Counted from the stretch's first letter, positions 39,652-47,833 are shown. The stretch: DNA of 52,466 nt from Solirubrobacteraceae bacterium (GCA_035997675.1 DASYIJ010000305.1:1-52466); one strand, 5' to 3'. Translations and numbers: made by a program. Notes: generated from the letters alone by a model not told the origin.

Positions 39652-40734
39652 TCAGGCAACCGCCTGGCCGCCGGACACCGTCGCGCCGGCGGCCAGCGCC
39701 CGCACGACCGATGCCTTGTCGCCCGTGGGGACGGCCACGAGCGAGTCCGCGCCCGCCGCGGCATACGCCGCCATCCGCTCGGGCAGCTCGTCCGGGGTGC
39801 AGCAGATCGAGGCGGCGTCGATCAGCTCGTCGGTGATCGCCTCCACCGCGCCCGCGCGGTCGCCCGCCAGCGCGCGCTCCTGGCAGGCCCGCGCCGAGTC
39901 CCCGAACCCGTAGCGGTCGGCCAGCTCGACGTAGAAGTTCTTCGTCTTCGCGCCCATGGCCCCGAGGTAGAACGCGAGCCAGGGCTTGGCCATGGCGCGA
40001 GCGTTCGCCGGGTCCTCGTCGACCGCGACCGGGACCACGGGGGAGACGTCGAGGTCCGCCAGGGAGCGCCCCGCCCGCTCGGCGCCGCGGCGCACGGGGT
40101 CGAGCATGATCTCGGGCCGGCCCGGGTTGAACAGGAAGGGCAGCCAGCCGTCGGCGATCTCGCCGGTCTGCTCGAGCGCCTTGGGGCCGATGGCGCCGAG
40201 GTAGATCGGGATTCGCTCGGAGACGGGCTTGGCCAGCAGCTTGAGGGGCTTGCCGAGCCCGCCGCCGCCGTGGGCCTCGTCGAGCGGCAGGACGAACGCG
40301 TCGCCGTGATGCTCCAGCGGCTCGCGCGCCAGGGCCATGCGCACGATCTCGACGTACTCGCGGGTGCGCGCGAGCGGCCTGGCAAACGGCACGCCGTACC
40401 ACCCCTCGGACACCTGCGGTCCGGACACGCCGAGGCCGAGCCGGAAGCGCCCGCCGGAGATGACGTCGAGCGAGGCCGCGGCCATCGCGGTCGCCGCCGG
40501 CTGGCGGGCGGGAATCTGCATCAGCCCGGACCCGAGCGCGATGCGTTCCGTGCGTCCGGCGAGCAGTCCGAGCACCGACACCGCGTCCTGGCCCCACGCC
40601 TCGGAGATCCACACCGAATCCAGCCCCAGCTCATCGCCGAGTGCCGCCAGCTCGACCTGCTCCTCGAGCGAAAACCAGGGCCAGTAGGCGAGGAAGAGGC
40701 CGATGCGCACGCGGGCGAGCGTACTAGTGGTCAT
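39652..40734 (-). CDS. luciferase-like monooxygenase (LLM) class flavin/F420-dependent oxidoreductase
   Basis: ATG 40734 (MTTSTLARVRIGLFL...LGLDSVWISEAWGQDA...RFRLGLGVSGPQV...). Typical LLM fold signature. Confidence 0.86.
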   Translation of the reverse strand: MTTSTLARVRIGLFLAYWPWFSLEEQVELAALGDELGLDSVWISEAWGQDAVSVLGLLAGRTERIALGSGLMQIPARQPAATAMAAASLDVISGGRFRLGLGVSGPQVSEGWYGVPFARPLARTREYVEIVRMALAREPLEHHGDAFVLPLDEAHGGGGLGKPLKLLAKPVSERIPIYLGAIGPKALEQTGEIADGWLPFLFNPGRPEIMLDPVRRGAERAGRSLADLDVSPVVPVAVDEDPANARAMAKPWLAFYLGAMGAKTKNFYVELADRYGFGDSARACQERALAGDRAGAVEAITDELIDAASICCTPDELPERMAAYAAAGADSLVAVPTGDKASVVRALAAGATVSGGQAVA

Positions 40735-40790
40735 GTCCGGAAGTACAGGCGCTTTCGCCCGCGCGTTCGGCTTCACTAGGATCCGCGGCC

Positions 40791-41951
40791 GTGGACTTGA
40801 CCCTTGCCCCCGAGGAGCAGGCCTTCCGCGACGAGCTGCGCTCGTGGCTCGAGGCCAACAACCCGGGCAGGGAGCCCGAGGGCGACGAGGCGGCCTTCGC
40901 CTTCCGGCGCGATTGGCAGCGGACGCTGAACGAGGCCGGCTGGGCGGGCATCTCGTGGCCCCAGGAGTACGGCGGCCGCGGCGCGACGCTGGTCGAGCAG
41001 GCCATCTTCAACGAGGAGATCGTGCGTGCGCGGGCTCCCCAGCTCGCCAACGTGCTCGGCCTGGCCATGGGCGGGCCAACGGTGATCGCGCATGGCACCG
41101 AGGACCAGAAGGAGCGCTACCTGCAGCCGATCCTCTCCGCCGAGGAGATCTGGTGCCAGGGCTTCTCCGAGCCCGAGTCCGGCTCCGATCTGGCGTCCGT
41201 GAAGACGCGCGCCGAGCGGGACGGCGACGACTGGCTCGTGAGCGGGCAGAAGGTGTGGACGACCTTCGCGCACGAGGCGAAGTGGTGCATGCTCGTCGCG
41301 CGCACCGACCGCGACGCCCCCAAGCACAAGGGCCTCACCTACTTCCTCATGGACATGGACCAGGACGCCGTCCAGGTCCGGCCGCTGCGCCAGATCACCG
41401 GCGAGTCGGAGTTCAACGAGCTCTTCATGGAGGACGCGCGGATCCCGAACGAGAACATCGTCGGAGGGGAGGGCAACGGCTGGGCCGTGGCGATCACCAC
41501 GCTCATGCACGAGCGCGCGACGCTGGCCTTCGGCCTGCAGGTGGCGGTCAAGATCGCGCTCGGCGAGCTGATGGAGCGCGCCCGCGAGACGCCCTCCAAC
41601 GGCGGGAGCGCGGCCGAGGACCCGCTGATTCGCGATCGACTGGCCCAGCTCTACATCGAGTCCGAGGTGCTGCGGCTCAATGCCTACCGCGGCCTGACGG
41701 CGCAGATGAAGTACGGCGTCCCGGGGCCCGAGGGCTCCCTGGGCAAGTGGCACTGGGCGGAGGTCAACCAGGCGCTCACCGAGCTGGCGATGGACATCGC
41801 GGGGCCCCGGGCCCAGCTCGAGGAGGAGCCCTGGACGTACCGGTTCCTGCGGGCGCGGGCGAACTCCATCGAGGGCGGGACCACCGAGATCCTCAAGAAC
41901 ATCATCGCCGAGCGCGTGCTCGGGCTTCCGCGGCTGCGGCTGAGCGCGTGA
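40791..41951 (+). CDS. acyl-CoA dehydrogenase
   Basis: FSEPESGSDLAS, KVWTT, C-terminal IEGGTTEILKNIIAERVLGLP. Confidence 0.9.
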   Translation: MDLTLAPEEQAFRDELRSWLEANNPGREPEGDEAAFAFRRDWQRTLNEAGWAGISWPQEYGGRGATLVEQAIFNEEIVRARAPQLANVLGLAMGGPTVIAHGTEDQKERYLQPILSAEEIWCQGFSEPESGSDLASVKTRAERDGDDWLVSGQKVWTTFAHEAKWCMLVARTDRDAPKHKGLTYFLMDMDQDAVQVRPLRQITGESEFNELFMEDARIPNENIVGGEGNGWAVAITTLMHERATLAFGLQVAVKIALGELMERARETPSNGGSAAEDPLIRDRLAQLYIESEVLRLNAYRGLTAQMKYGVPGPEGSLGKWHWAEVNQALTELAMDIAGPRAQLEEEPWTYRFLRARANSIEGGTTEILKNIIAERVLGLPRLRLSA

Positions 41952-43006
41952 ACTTCGACTTCAACGACGAGCAGCGGGCGATCAAGGACGCGGCCCGCGA
42001 CCTGCTGGCCTCGCGCTACCCCCTGGCCGAGGTGCGGCGGCTGGCGACCGAGGAGGAACGGGGTTTCACGGACGGCCAGTGGGACGAGTTCGTCTCGTTG
42101 GGCTGGCCGGGCCTGGTCGTCGACGAGACCCACGGCGGCCAGGGACTGGGGATCGTCGAGCTCGTGATCGTGCAGGAGGAGCTCGGGTACGCGCTCGCGC
42201 CGACGCCGTTGTTCTCCAGCGCCGCCGCCGGCCTGGTGCTCCAGGCGGGTGGTAGCGACGAGCAGAAGGAGCGCTGGCTGGCGCCGCTCGCCGCCGGCGA
42301 GTTGCGTGGGACCCTGGCGATGCTCCGCGACGACGGACCGGCGCAGGCCGACGGCGACACGCTCACCGGCGCATGGGCCGCGGTGCCCGACGCCGGCAGC
42401 GCGGATGTCCTGATCCTCAACGACGGTGAGCGCCACTGGGCCGTCGCCGCCGACGCCGACGGCGTGACCGTCGAGTCGACTCCGGGCATCGACCCGACCC
42501 GCAAGCTCTTCCGCGTGAGCGTGGACGGCGCCGCCGCGGACCCGCTGCCCGGGGATCAGGAGATCATGCGGCCGGCGCACGACGCGGCCGCCACGGCGAT
42601 CGCGGCCGAGTCGGTCGGGGTGGCCCAGCGCGCGATGGAGATGGCCGTCGAGTACGCCAAGGACCGCAAGCAGTTCGACACCCCGATCGGCGCCTTCCAG
42701 GCCGTCTCGCACCGCTGCGCCGAGATGCTGCTCGAGACCGAGGGCGCGCGCTCGGCCACGTACCACGCCGCCTGGGCGCTCGACCACGAGCCGGCCTCCG
42801 GCGCGCTCGCCACGTCGATGGCGAAGGCGTACGCCTCCGATGCCGGATTTCGCGTGCCGGCAGCCTCGATCCAGGTCCATGGCGGGATCGGCTTCACCTG
42901 GGAGCACGACCTGCACTGGTTCTTCAAGCGCGGCACGGCCAACGCGCACGCGTTCGGCGACGCGCGCTGGCATCGCGCGCGGGTCGCCGACCTCGCCGGG
43001 ATCTAG
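41948..43006 (+). CDS. acyl-CoA dehydrogenase family protein (probable partner subunit of 40791-41951)
   Basis: GTG 41948 overlaps the upstream stop (GTGA). ACAD C-terminal domain: GAFQAVSHRCAEM...QVHGGIGFTWEHDLHWFFKR. The ORF-track 40703 start is a shadow extension. Confidence 0.85.
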   Translation: MNFDFNDEQRAIKDAARDLLASRYPLAEVRRLATEEERGFTDGQWDEFVSLGWPGLVVDETHGGQGLGIVELVIVQEELGYALAPTPLFSSAAAGLVLQAGGSDEQKERWLAPLAAGELRGTLAMLRDDGPAQADGDTLTGAWAAVPDAGSADVLILNDGERHWAVAADADGVTVESTPGIDPTRKLFRVSVDGAAADPLPGDQEIMRPAHDAAATAIAAESVGVAQRAMEMAVEYAKDRKQFDTPIGAFQAVSHRCAEMLLETEGARSATYHAAWALDHEPASGALATSMAKAYASDAGFRVPAASIQVHGGIGFTWEHDLHWFFKRGTANAHAFGDARWHRARVADLAGI

Positions 43007-43740
43007 CTCGGGCCCAGCCGGCGCGCGCTCGCGACCGCCGACGCGACGCCGTCGTTCCACGGATCGCCGTGGCCGAACAGCACCGTGCCCGCGTCGAGGC
43101 CCTCGAGGTTCGAGAGCGACTCGAGCGCCTGGGCGCTCGAGATGTTCAAGCACCCCGGCATGATCTGCGGCCCGATGCGGCCGGTCAGGGGATTGCGGCT
43201 GTTCATCGCGTCGCCGGCGAAGATCACCCCACGGTCGGGCAGATGGAAGCTCACGTGACCGTCGGTGTGACCGGGTGTGGGGATCACCACCGGGCGGCCC
43301 GGAACGTCGAGCACGTCGCCGTCGGCGAAGGTCGTGACCGCACCGATCTTCGGCGGGCGCCCGTTGCGGATGAACCCGGCGATGAGGCCCCACGCGGCGC
43401 CGTGCCGAAGGTAGGGGACCAGGCTGCGCTCGCGCTTGGGCTGGCGCCCGGTGCGCGCGAGCTCCTCGTCGCGGGCGTGGATGTACACCGGCACGCCCGC
43501 CTCCGTGCGCAGGCCCTCCGCGATCCCGATGTGGTCGCCGTGGCCGTGGGTGAGCACGACCGCCCGGATGTCGTCGAGCGACCGTCCGAGCGCCGTCAGC
43601 GTCTCGTCGAGGCTCGGGCGCAGCCCGGGCAGGCCGGCGTCGAGGACCGTCAGCCCATCCGCGCCTTCGAGCAGGTAGTAGTTGAAGAGCCGTGAGCCGA
43701 GGCGGTGAACGCCCTCGGCGACCTGGGAGCCGGCGGCCAT
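43003..43740 (-). CDS. MBL-fold metallo-hydrolase
   Basis: ATG 43740. The HxHxDH motif is LTHGHGDHIG, with a downstream TPGHTDGH. Confidence 0.85.
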   Translation of the reverse strand: MAAGSQVAEGVHRLGSRLFNYYLLEGADGLTVLDAGLPGLRPSLDETLTALGRSLDDIRAVVLTHGHGDHIGIAEGLRTEAGVPVYIHARDEELARTGRQPKRERSLVPYLRHGAAWGLIAGFIRNGRPPKIGAVTTFADGDVLDVPGRPVVIPTPGHTDGHVSFHLPDRGVIFAGDAMNSRNPLTGRIGPQIMPGCLNISSAQALESLSNLEGLDAGTVLFGHGDPWNDGVASAVASARRLGPS

Positions 43741-43750
43741 GGCCCCGAGC

Positions 43751-44545
43751 CTATCTCTTGCGTCCGCCCACGAACTGCGTGAGCCCGCTGATGCGCTGGC
43801 GGACGTCGACGAAGCCGCGGTCGGCCAGTGCCGTGGTGATCTCGTCGCGCTCGAACATCCGCATCCCGCTCCGCGCGCCGACGAGCCCGTCGACGGTCCG
43901 CAGCGGCGCCGAGCGCGTACGGCACGAGGTGAAGATCGCCACGCGCCCGCCCGGCGTGAGGACGCGGGCCATGTGGTCGAGCGCGACGAATGGCTGTGCG
44001 AACAGGTGCAGGGCGGCGAAGCAGCACACCGCGTCGAAGCTGCGGTCGCGGAACGGCAGCTCGACGGCGTTGCCACGCACGTAGAGGAGGTTCCCGAACG
44101 GGTCGGGGCTGTCGCGTACCGCGCGTTCGAGCATCGTCGGTGAGGCGTCGATGCCCACCGCCAGCCCCGTCTGGCCCACGAGGTGGGCGAAGCGGCGCGT
44201 GAAGTTGCCGGGTCCGCAGGCCACGTCGAGGACGCCGTCGCCCGGCGTCAGGCCCAGCAGCAGGCGCGCGATGCGGTGCTCGTCGGCCATCCCCGGCCCG
44301 AGAAGCCCCTTGGCGACGCGCCCGAGCGCCGGCCTCCACCAGCGCTCGTACACCGTCGGCACGACGCCGGTGAGCATGAGGTTCTGGGCGATGCCGGTCG
44401 ACGCCGGCTCGTCGCCGCCGAGCAGATCCAGGTAGCCGGCGTGGGCGGCCGCCTCCGCGTCGGCGGGCCGGGCGTCCGGGTCGACCAGCGGGAGCGCGCG
44501 CTCCAGGGCCGCGGGCGCGTCCGAGACGCGGGTCGACGCCGGCAC
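43751..44545 (-). CDS. class I SAM-dependent methyltransferase
   Basis: Motif I VLDVACGPGNFT, with downstream FDAV...LHL. Confidence 0.85.
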   Translation of the reverse strand: MPASTRVSDAPAALERALPLVDPDARPADAEAAAHAGYLDLLGGDEPASTGIAQNLMLTGVVPTVYERWWRPALGRVAKGLLGPGMADEHRIARLLLGLTPGDGVLDVACGPGNFTRRFAHLVGQTGLAVGIDASPTMLERAVRDSPDPFGNLLYVRGNAVELPFRDRSFDAVCCFAALHLFAQPFVALDHMARVLTPGGRVAIFTSCRTRSAPLRTVDGLVGARSGMRMFERDEITTALADRGFVDVRQRISGLTQFVGGRKR

Positions 44546-44548
44546 GCG

Positions 44549-44830
44549 TCAGGCCGGACGGTCGGTCAGCGACGGCAGCGGGTCGAGGTCCCCGGGCTCC
44601 ACGTCGCCTCGGGTCTCGCCGAGGAAGGCGAGGCCGTCGAGCCGCTCGATCTCGCGCTCGCCCTCGATCCTGGCGGGATGGTCGGGCGCGAGCCCGCGGA
44701 TCAGCTTGGCGATGCGGTTGCGCAGCTGCAACGCGAAGTGGGGAGTGGAGGCGCCCATGAGCTCGCGCACATCCTCGACGGTGACCTCGTGTCCCGCGCG
44801 GACACGGGCCGGGTGCTCGGCTTCGCTCAT
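44549..44830 (-). CDS. hypothetical protein (93 aa)
   Basis: G/C-biased third positions. ATGA overlap with the upstream lipoprotein gene and a 3-nt gap to the methyltransferase. I recognise no family. Confidence 0.55.
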   Translation of the reverse strand: MSEAEHPARVRAGHEVTVEDVRELMGASTPHFALQLRNRIAKLIRGLAPDHPARIEGEREIERLDGLAFLGETRGDVEPGDLDPLPSLTDRPA

Positions 44831-46152
44831 GGTCCGCGCGTCGTCGTGGTGGTCGTGGTCCGGCTCGGCGTCGTCGACGTGCTGGTCGTCGACGTGCTGG
44901 TCTTCTTCTTGCCGCCGCCGGTCGGCGGCTTCGCCGTTGTGGTCGTCTGCTGGGACGCGTTGCTCACCGGCGCGATCTCGAGCAGAGTATCTATCCGCGC
45001 CTGGTCGCCCACGGAGATGGCGCTACCGTCGCCGAGCAGCCAGCCGTGGTTGTAGACCCCCCGCGTCGGGTCCTTCTCGTAGCCCGGCTCGATGTCGAGC
45101 AGGTACTGGATGAGCGCCGGGGGCAGTGGGCTCGGCTGCTCCACGAGCAGCAGCGGGCCGTACTGGCCCGAACCGGACAGGGGCGCGGCCGCGGCCGCGT
45201 CCAGCGGGCGCTGGTCGTTCGCGAACACGAGCCCGTGGCCCGGGTCCACGACGTTCCAGCCGAAGCCCCCGTCGCTGTAGCGAGCGAACGCGATGGCATT
45301 GGCCACGGCATCCGCCCCGGAGATGCGCTTGACGGTCCCCAGGCCCCGCAGCGTCTTCTCCACGGGGGCGGACACGACGTCGGGCGGTCCGAGCAGATAG
45401 ATCTTCGGCTGCTGGTGGAAGGCGAGGGCCTTGCGCGTTTCGGGCGGCACCGCGTTGCGGGTGACGAAGAGCACCGGGTCGCCCGACTTGGCCGCCCAGG
45501 CTGCGGCCGGCATCGCGAACTCGGCGCGCTCGCCCGAGGCCACGACGACCACGTCCGACGGCTTCCCGGCGGCGCGCGCCGCCAGGCGGTCCACGCTGGC
45601 CGCGATCGCGAACGGGTTGGTGCCGGCGACCGGCGTGGCGCGCAGCCCGCCCGGTGCCGCGACCGAGCCCACGCGGACGATCTTGGCGCCGCCGAGCTGG
45701 CGGGCCCCCGTCGGCGCCAGCGCGCTCAGCGCGTTCTTCGTCGCATCGGGCACGGAGCTCGACCCCGACAGCAGGGTCGGAGCTCGCAGCGGCCGGGCCA
45801 TCAGGACCGAGGCCGCCACGCCGGACTGCCAGTCGCCGGAGTCCACGAGCGCCACCGCGGTCGGTCGGGCGCTGGGCAGGTCCGGGGTGAACACCGCCTG
45901 GGCGACCGCCGCGGCATCGGCGGTCGGATCGGCCCCGCCCACGCGCGTCGTGTTCTTGGTGGCGAACTGCGGGAACCCAAGCTGCTGCGCGGCCTTGGGC
46001 TGGTCGCCCTTGCCGCCGCTCGACGGCGTCTGACCGAGATTGGTGCTGCTGCTCTGCCCGCACGCGGCCAGCGCGAGCGACAGCGCAATCGTCGAGCAGG
46101 CGGCGGCGTACGGGGCGCGGCGGGGCACGGCCGGAGCGTAGCGGCCGGGCAC
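44827..46152 (-). CDS. lipoprotein with cell-wall-binding-repeat-2-like modules and a Thr-rich C-terminal tail
   Basis: Lipobox LALAAC-G. Repeated TRVGGADPTADAAAVAQAVF / PLLL-type modules resemble CW_binding_2. The tail is ...TTTTAKPPTGGGKKKTSTSTTSTSTTPSRTTTTTTTRGP. Confidence 0.78.
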   Translation of the reverse strand: MPGRYAPAVPRRAPYAAACSTIALSLALAACGQSSSTNLGQTPSSGGKGDQPKAAQQLGFPQFATKNTTRVGGADPTADAAAVAQAVFTPDLPSARPTAVALVDSGDWQSGVAASVLMARPLRAPTLLSGSSSVPDATKNALSALAPTGARQLGGAKIVRVGSVAAPGGLRATPVAGTNPFAIAASVDRLAARAAGKPSDVVVVASGERAEFAMPAAAWAAKSGDPVLFVTRNAVPPETRKALAFHQQPKIYLLGPPDVVSAPVEKTLRGLGTVKRISGADAVANAIAFARYSDGGFGWNVVDPGHGLVFANDQRPLDAAAAAPLSGSGQYGPLLLVEQPSPLPPALIQYLLDIEPGYEKDPTRGVYNHGWLLGDGSAISVGDQARIDTLLEIAPVSNASQQTTTTAKPPTGGGKKKTSTSTTSTSTTPSRTTTTTTTRGP

Positions 46153-46167
46153 ATCCGGTCGCGCCGG

Positions 46168-46201
46168 AACTGATCAGTTGTCAGTTGTCAGTTGTCAGTA
46201 G
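46168..46201. repeat. 12-bp palindrome AACTGATCAGTT running into 4 tandem heptamers (TCAGTTG x3, TCAGTAG)
   Basis: Read directly from the sequence. The units are at 46174-80, 46181-87, 46188-94 and 46195-201. Confidence 0.9.
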
Positions 46202-46223
46202 CGAGGGCCCACGCCCAGTCCTA

Positions 46224-46264
46224 AGAACTGAGAACTGAGAACTAAGAACTGAGAACTGAGATCT
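46224..46264. repeat. 5.8 tandem heptamers AGAACTG (one AGAACTA variant), inverted relative to the 46174-46201 array
   Basis: Read directly. The units are at 46224-30, 31-37, 38-44 (variant), 45-51 and 52-58, with a partial unit at 59-64. The reverse complement CAGTTCT matches the left-array unit CAGTTGT at 6 of 7 positions. Confidence 0.9.
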
Positions 46265-46272
46265 ACACCTCG

Positions 46273-46331
46273 TAACTGACGCTTCGTTCAGTTATGCCGA
46301 TACAATCCGCGCCGGTTGACTGGTCAGTCAA
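46273..46331 (+). promoter_or_regulatory. candidate promoter/operator block for the acyl-CoA dehydrogenase gene
   Basis: Inverted repeat TAACTGA-N8-TCAGTTA (46273-46294). A -10-like TACAAT (46301-46306). Near-palindrome TTGACTGGTCAGTCAA (46316-46331), 38 nt before GTG 46370. Confidence 0.5.
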
Positions 46332-46369
46332 TACGCGACCAACACGCAACAGCGACCGCAGGAGATTCC

Positions 46370-47647
46370 GTGGACTTCCGCCTTACCGACGAGCAGCTGG
46401 CGTTCCAGAAGACCTGCCACGACTTCGCCGCCGACGTGATCCGGCCCGTGGCCGACCGCTACGACCGCGAGCAGGAGGTCCCCTGGGACGTGCTGCGCGA
46501 GGCGCGCCGGCGGGACATGTACGGCCTCGAGTTGATCCAGCAGTTCGCCACCGACGGCATGTCCGCGGTGCTCTACGCCGAGGAGATCCACTGGGGATGC
46601 GCCGGTATCGCGCTCGCGCTCTCCGCCTCGTCGCTGGCCGCCGCCGGGATCGCGTCCGCTGGCACGCCCGAGCAGGTCGCGCAATGGGTGCCGCAGTGCT
46701 ACGGCCTCGGCGACGAGATCAAGCTCGGCGCCTATGCCGTGACCGAGCCCCAGGCCGGCTCGGACGTCAAGTCGCTGCGCACGACGGCCAAGCGGGACGG
46801 CGACGAGTGGATCCTCAACGGCACCAAGGTCTTCATCTCCAACGGCGGCATCGCCGACGTGACCGTCGTGGTCGCGACCGTCGACCCCAAGCTCGGCCAC
46901 CGCGGCCAGGCGTCGTTCATCGTCGAGAAGGACACTCCCGGCTTCTCGCTGGGAAAGAAGGAGGACAAGATGGGGATTCGCGCGTCGCAGACCGGCGAGG
47001 TGGTGCTGGAGGACGTGCGCGTGCCGATGGACAACCTGCTCGGCGGCCTCGAGAAGCTCGAGCGCAAGCTCGAGCGCGGCCGCTCCGGCGAGCGGAGCGG
47101 CTCGTCCGGCGCCCTGGCCACGTTCGAGACCACGCGGCCAATGGTCGGCGCCGGCGCGATGGGCATCGCCCGCGCGGCGTACGAATGGACACTCGACTTC
47201 CTGGAGGGCCGCGAGGAGGAGGGCGCGCCGCTGCTCGAGCAGCAGCGGGTGCAGCAGGTGCTCGCCGACGTCGCCATGGAGCTCGATTGCGCGCGCCTGC
47301 TGGTCTACCGCGCCGCCTGGATGGGCCGCAACGGCATCCCCATGACCGCGGGCCAGGGCTCGATGTCCAAGCTCAAGGCCGGTGAGGTGGCGATGTGGTG
47401 CACGACGGCGCTGATGGATCTGATCGGACCGGAGGCCGCGTCCGAGGACCATCCACTGCAGAAGTTCTTCCGCGACGCGAAGATCTTCCAGCTCTTCGAG
47501 GGCACATCGCAGATCCAGCGCCTGGTGATCGCCCGCATGCAGACCGCCGAGCGGCGCAAGGACCGTGAGGAGGCGGCCGCGGCGTCATCCGGCGCCGGCG
47601 AGGCCTCGAACGGCAAGCTCGAGACTCCGGCCGCCGCGACCGCCTGA
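46370..47647 (+). CDS. acyl-CoA dehydrogenase
   Basis: GTG 46370 with GGAG 5 nt upstream. Translation: VDFRLTDEQLAFQK..., EPQAGSDV, KVFISNG, FEGTSQIQRLVIAR. Confidence 0.9.
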   Translation: MDFRLTDEQLAFQKTCHDFAADVIRPVADRYDREQEVPWDVLREARRRDMYGLELIQQFATDGMSAVLYAEEIHWGCAGIALALSASSLAAAGIASAGTPEQVAQWVPQCYGLGDEIKLGAYAVTEPQAGSDVKSLRTTAKRDGDEWILNGTKVFISNGGIADVTVVVATVDPKLGHRGQASFIVEKDTPGFSLGKKEDKMGIRASQTGEVVLEDVRVPMDNLLGGLEKLERKLERGRSGERSGSSGALATFETTRPMVGAGAMGIARAAYEWTLDFLEGREEEGAPLLEQQRVQQVLADVAMELDCARLLVYRAAWMGRNGIPMTAGQGSMSKLKAGEVAMWCTTALMDLIGPEAASEDHPLQKFFRDAKIFQLFEGTSQIQRLVIARMQTAERRKDREEAAAASSGAGEASNGKLETPAAATA

Positions 47648-47690
47648 GCATCGGCTTCATCGAGGAAGGGTCCGGGGCCGGGATCCGGCA

Positions 47691-47737
47691 ACGAGGCACG
47701 AGAAGTCCTTGTATACGAAGGGTTTCTCGTGCCTCGT
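47691..47737 (+). terminator. perfect 14-bp-stem hairpin downstream of the acyl-CoA dehydrogenase (terminator-like, no U-tract)
   Basis: ACGAGGCACGAGAA (47691-47704) pairs with TTCTCGTGCCTCGT (47724-47737). The loop holds a nested CCTT-GTATACG-AAGG mini-hairpin. Confidence 0.5.
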
Positions 47738-47833
47738 GGCGCCGCGGCGGAAACCATGCCGCATCCTCCCTCGATGGCCGTCGTTCGCAGACCGACCGGC
47801 CAACGAGGACAGGCCTTCTAAGGTTTCCCACCC

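Noticed and set aside
46168-46264. CRISPR array or mobile-element terminal inverted repeats as an explanation for the heptamer arrays
   Set aside because: The units are 7 bp with no spacers, far too short for CRISPR. There are no cas genes, transposase or target-site duplications, and the ends are not sharply bounded like MITE termini. I report it as an unexplained repeat structure instead.
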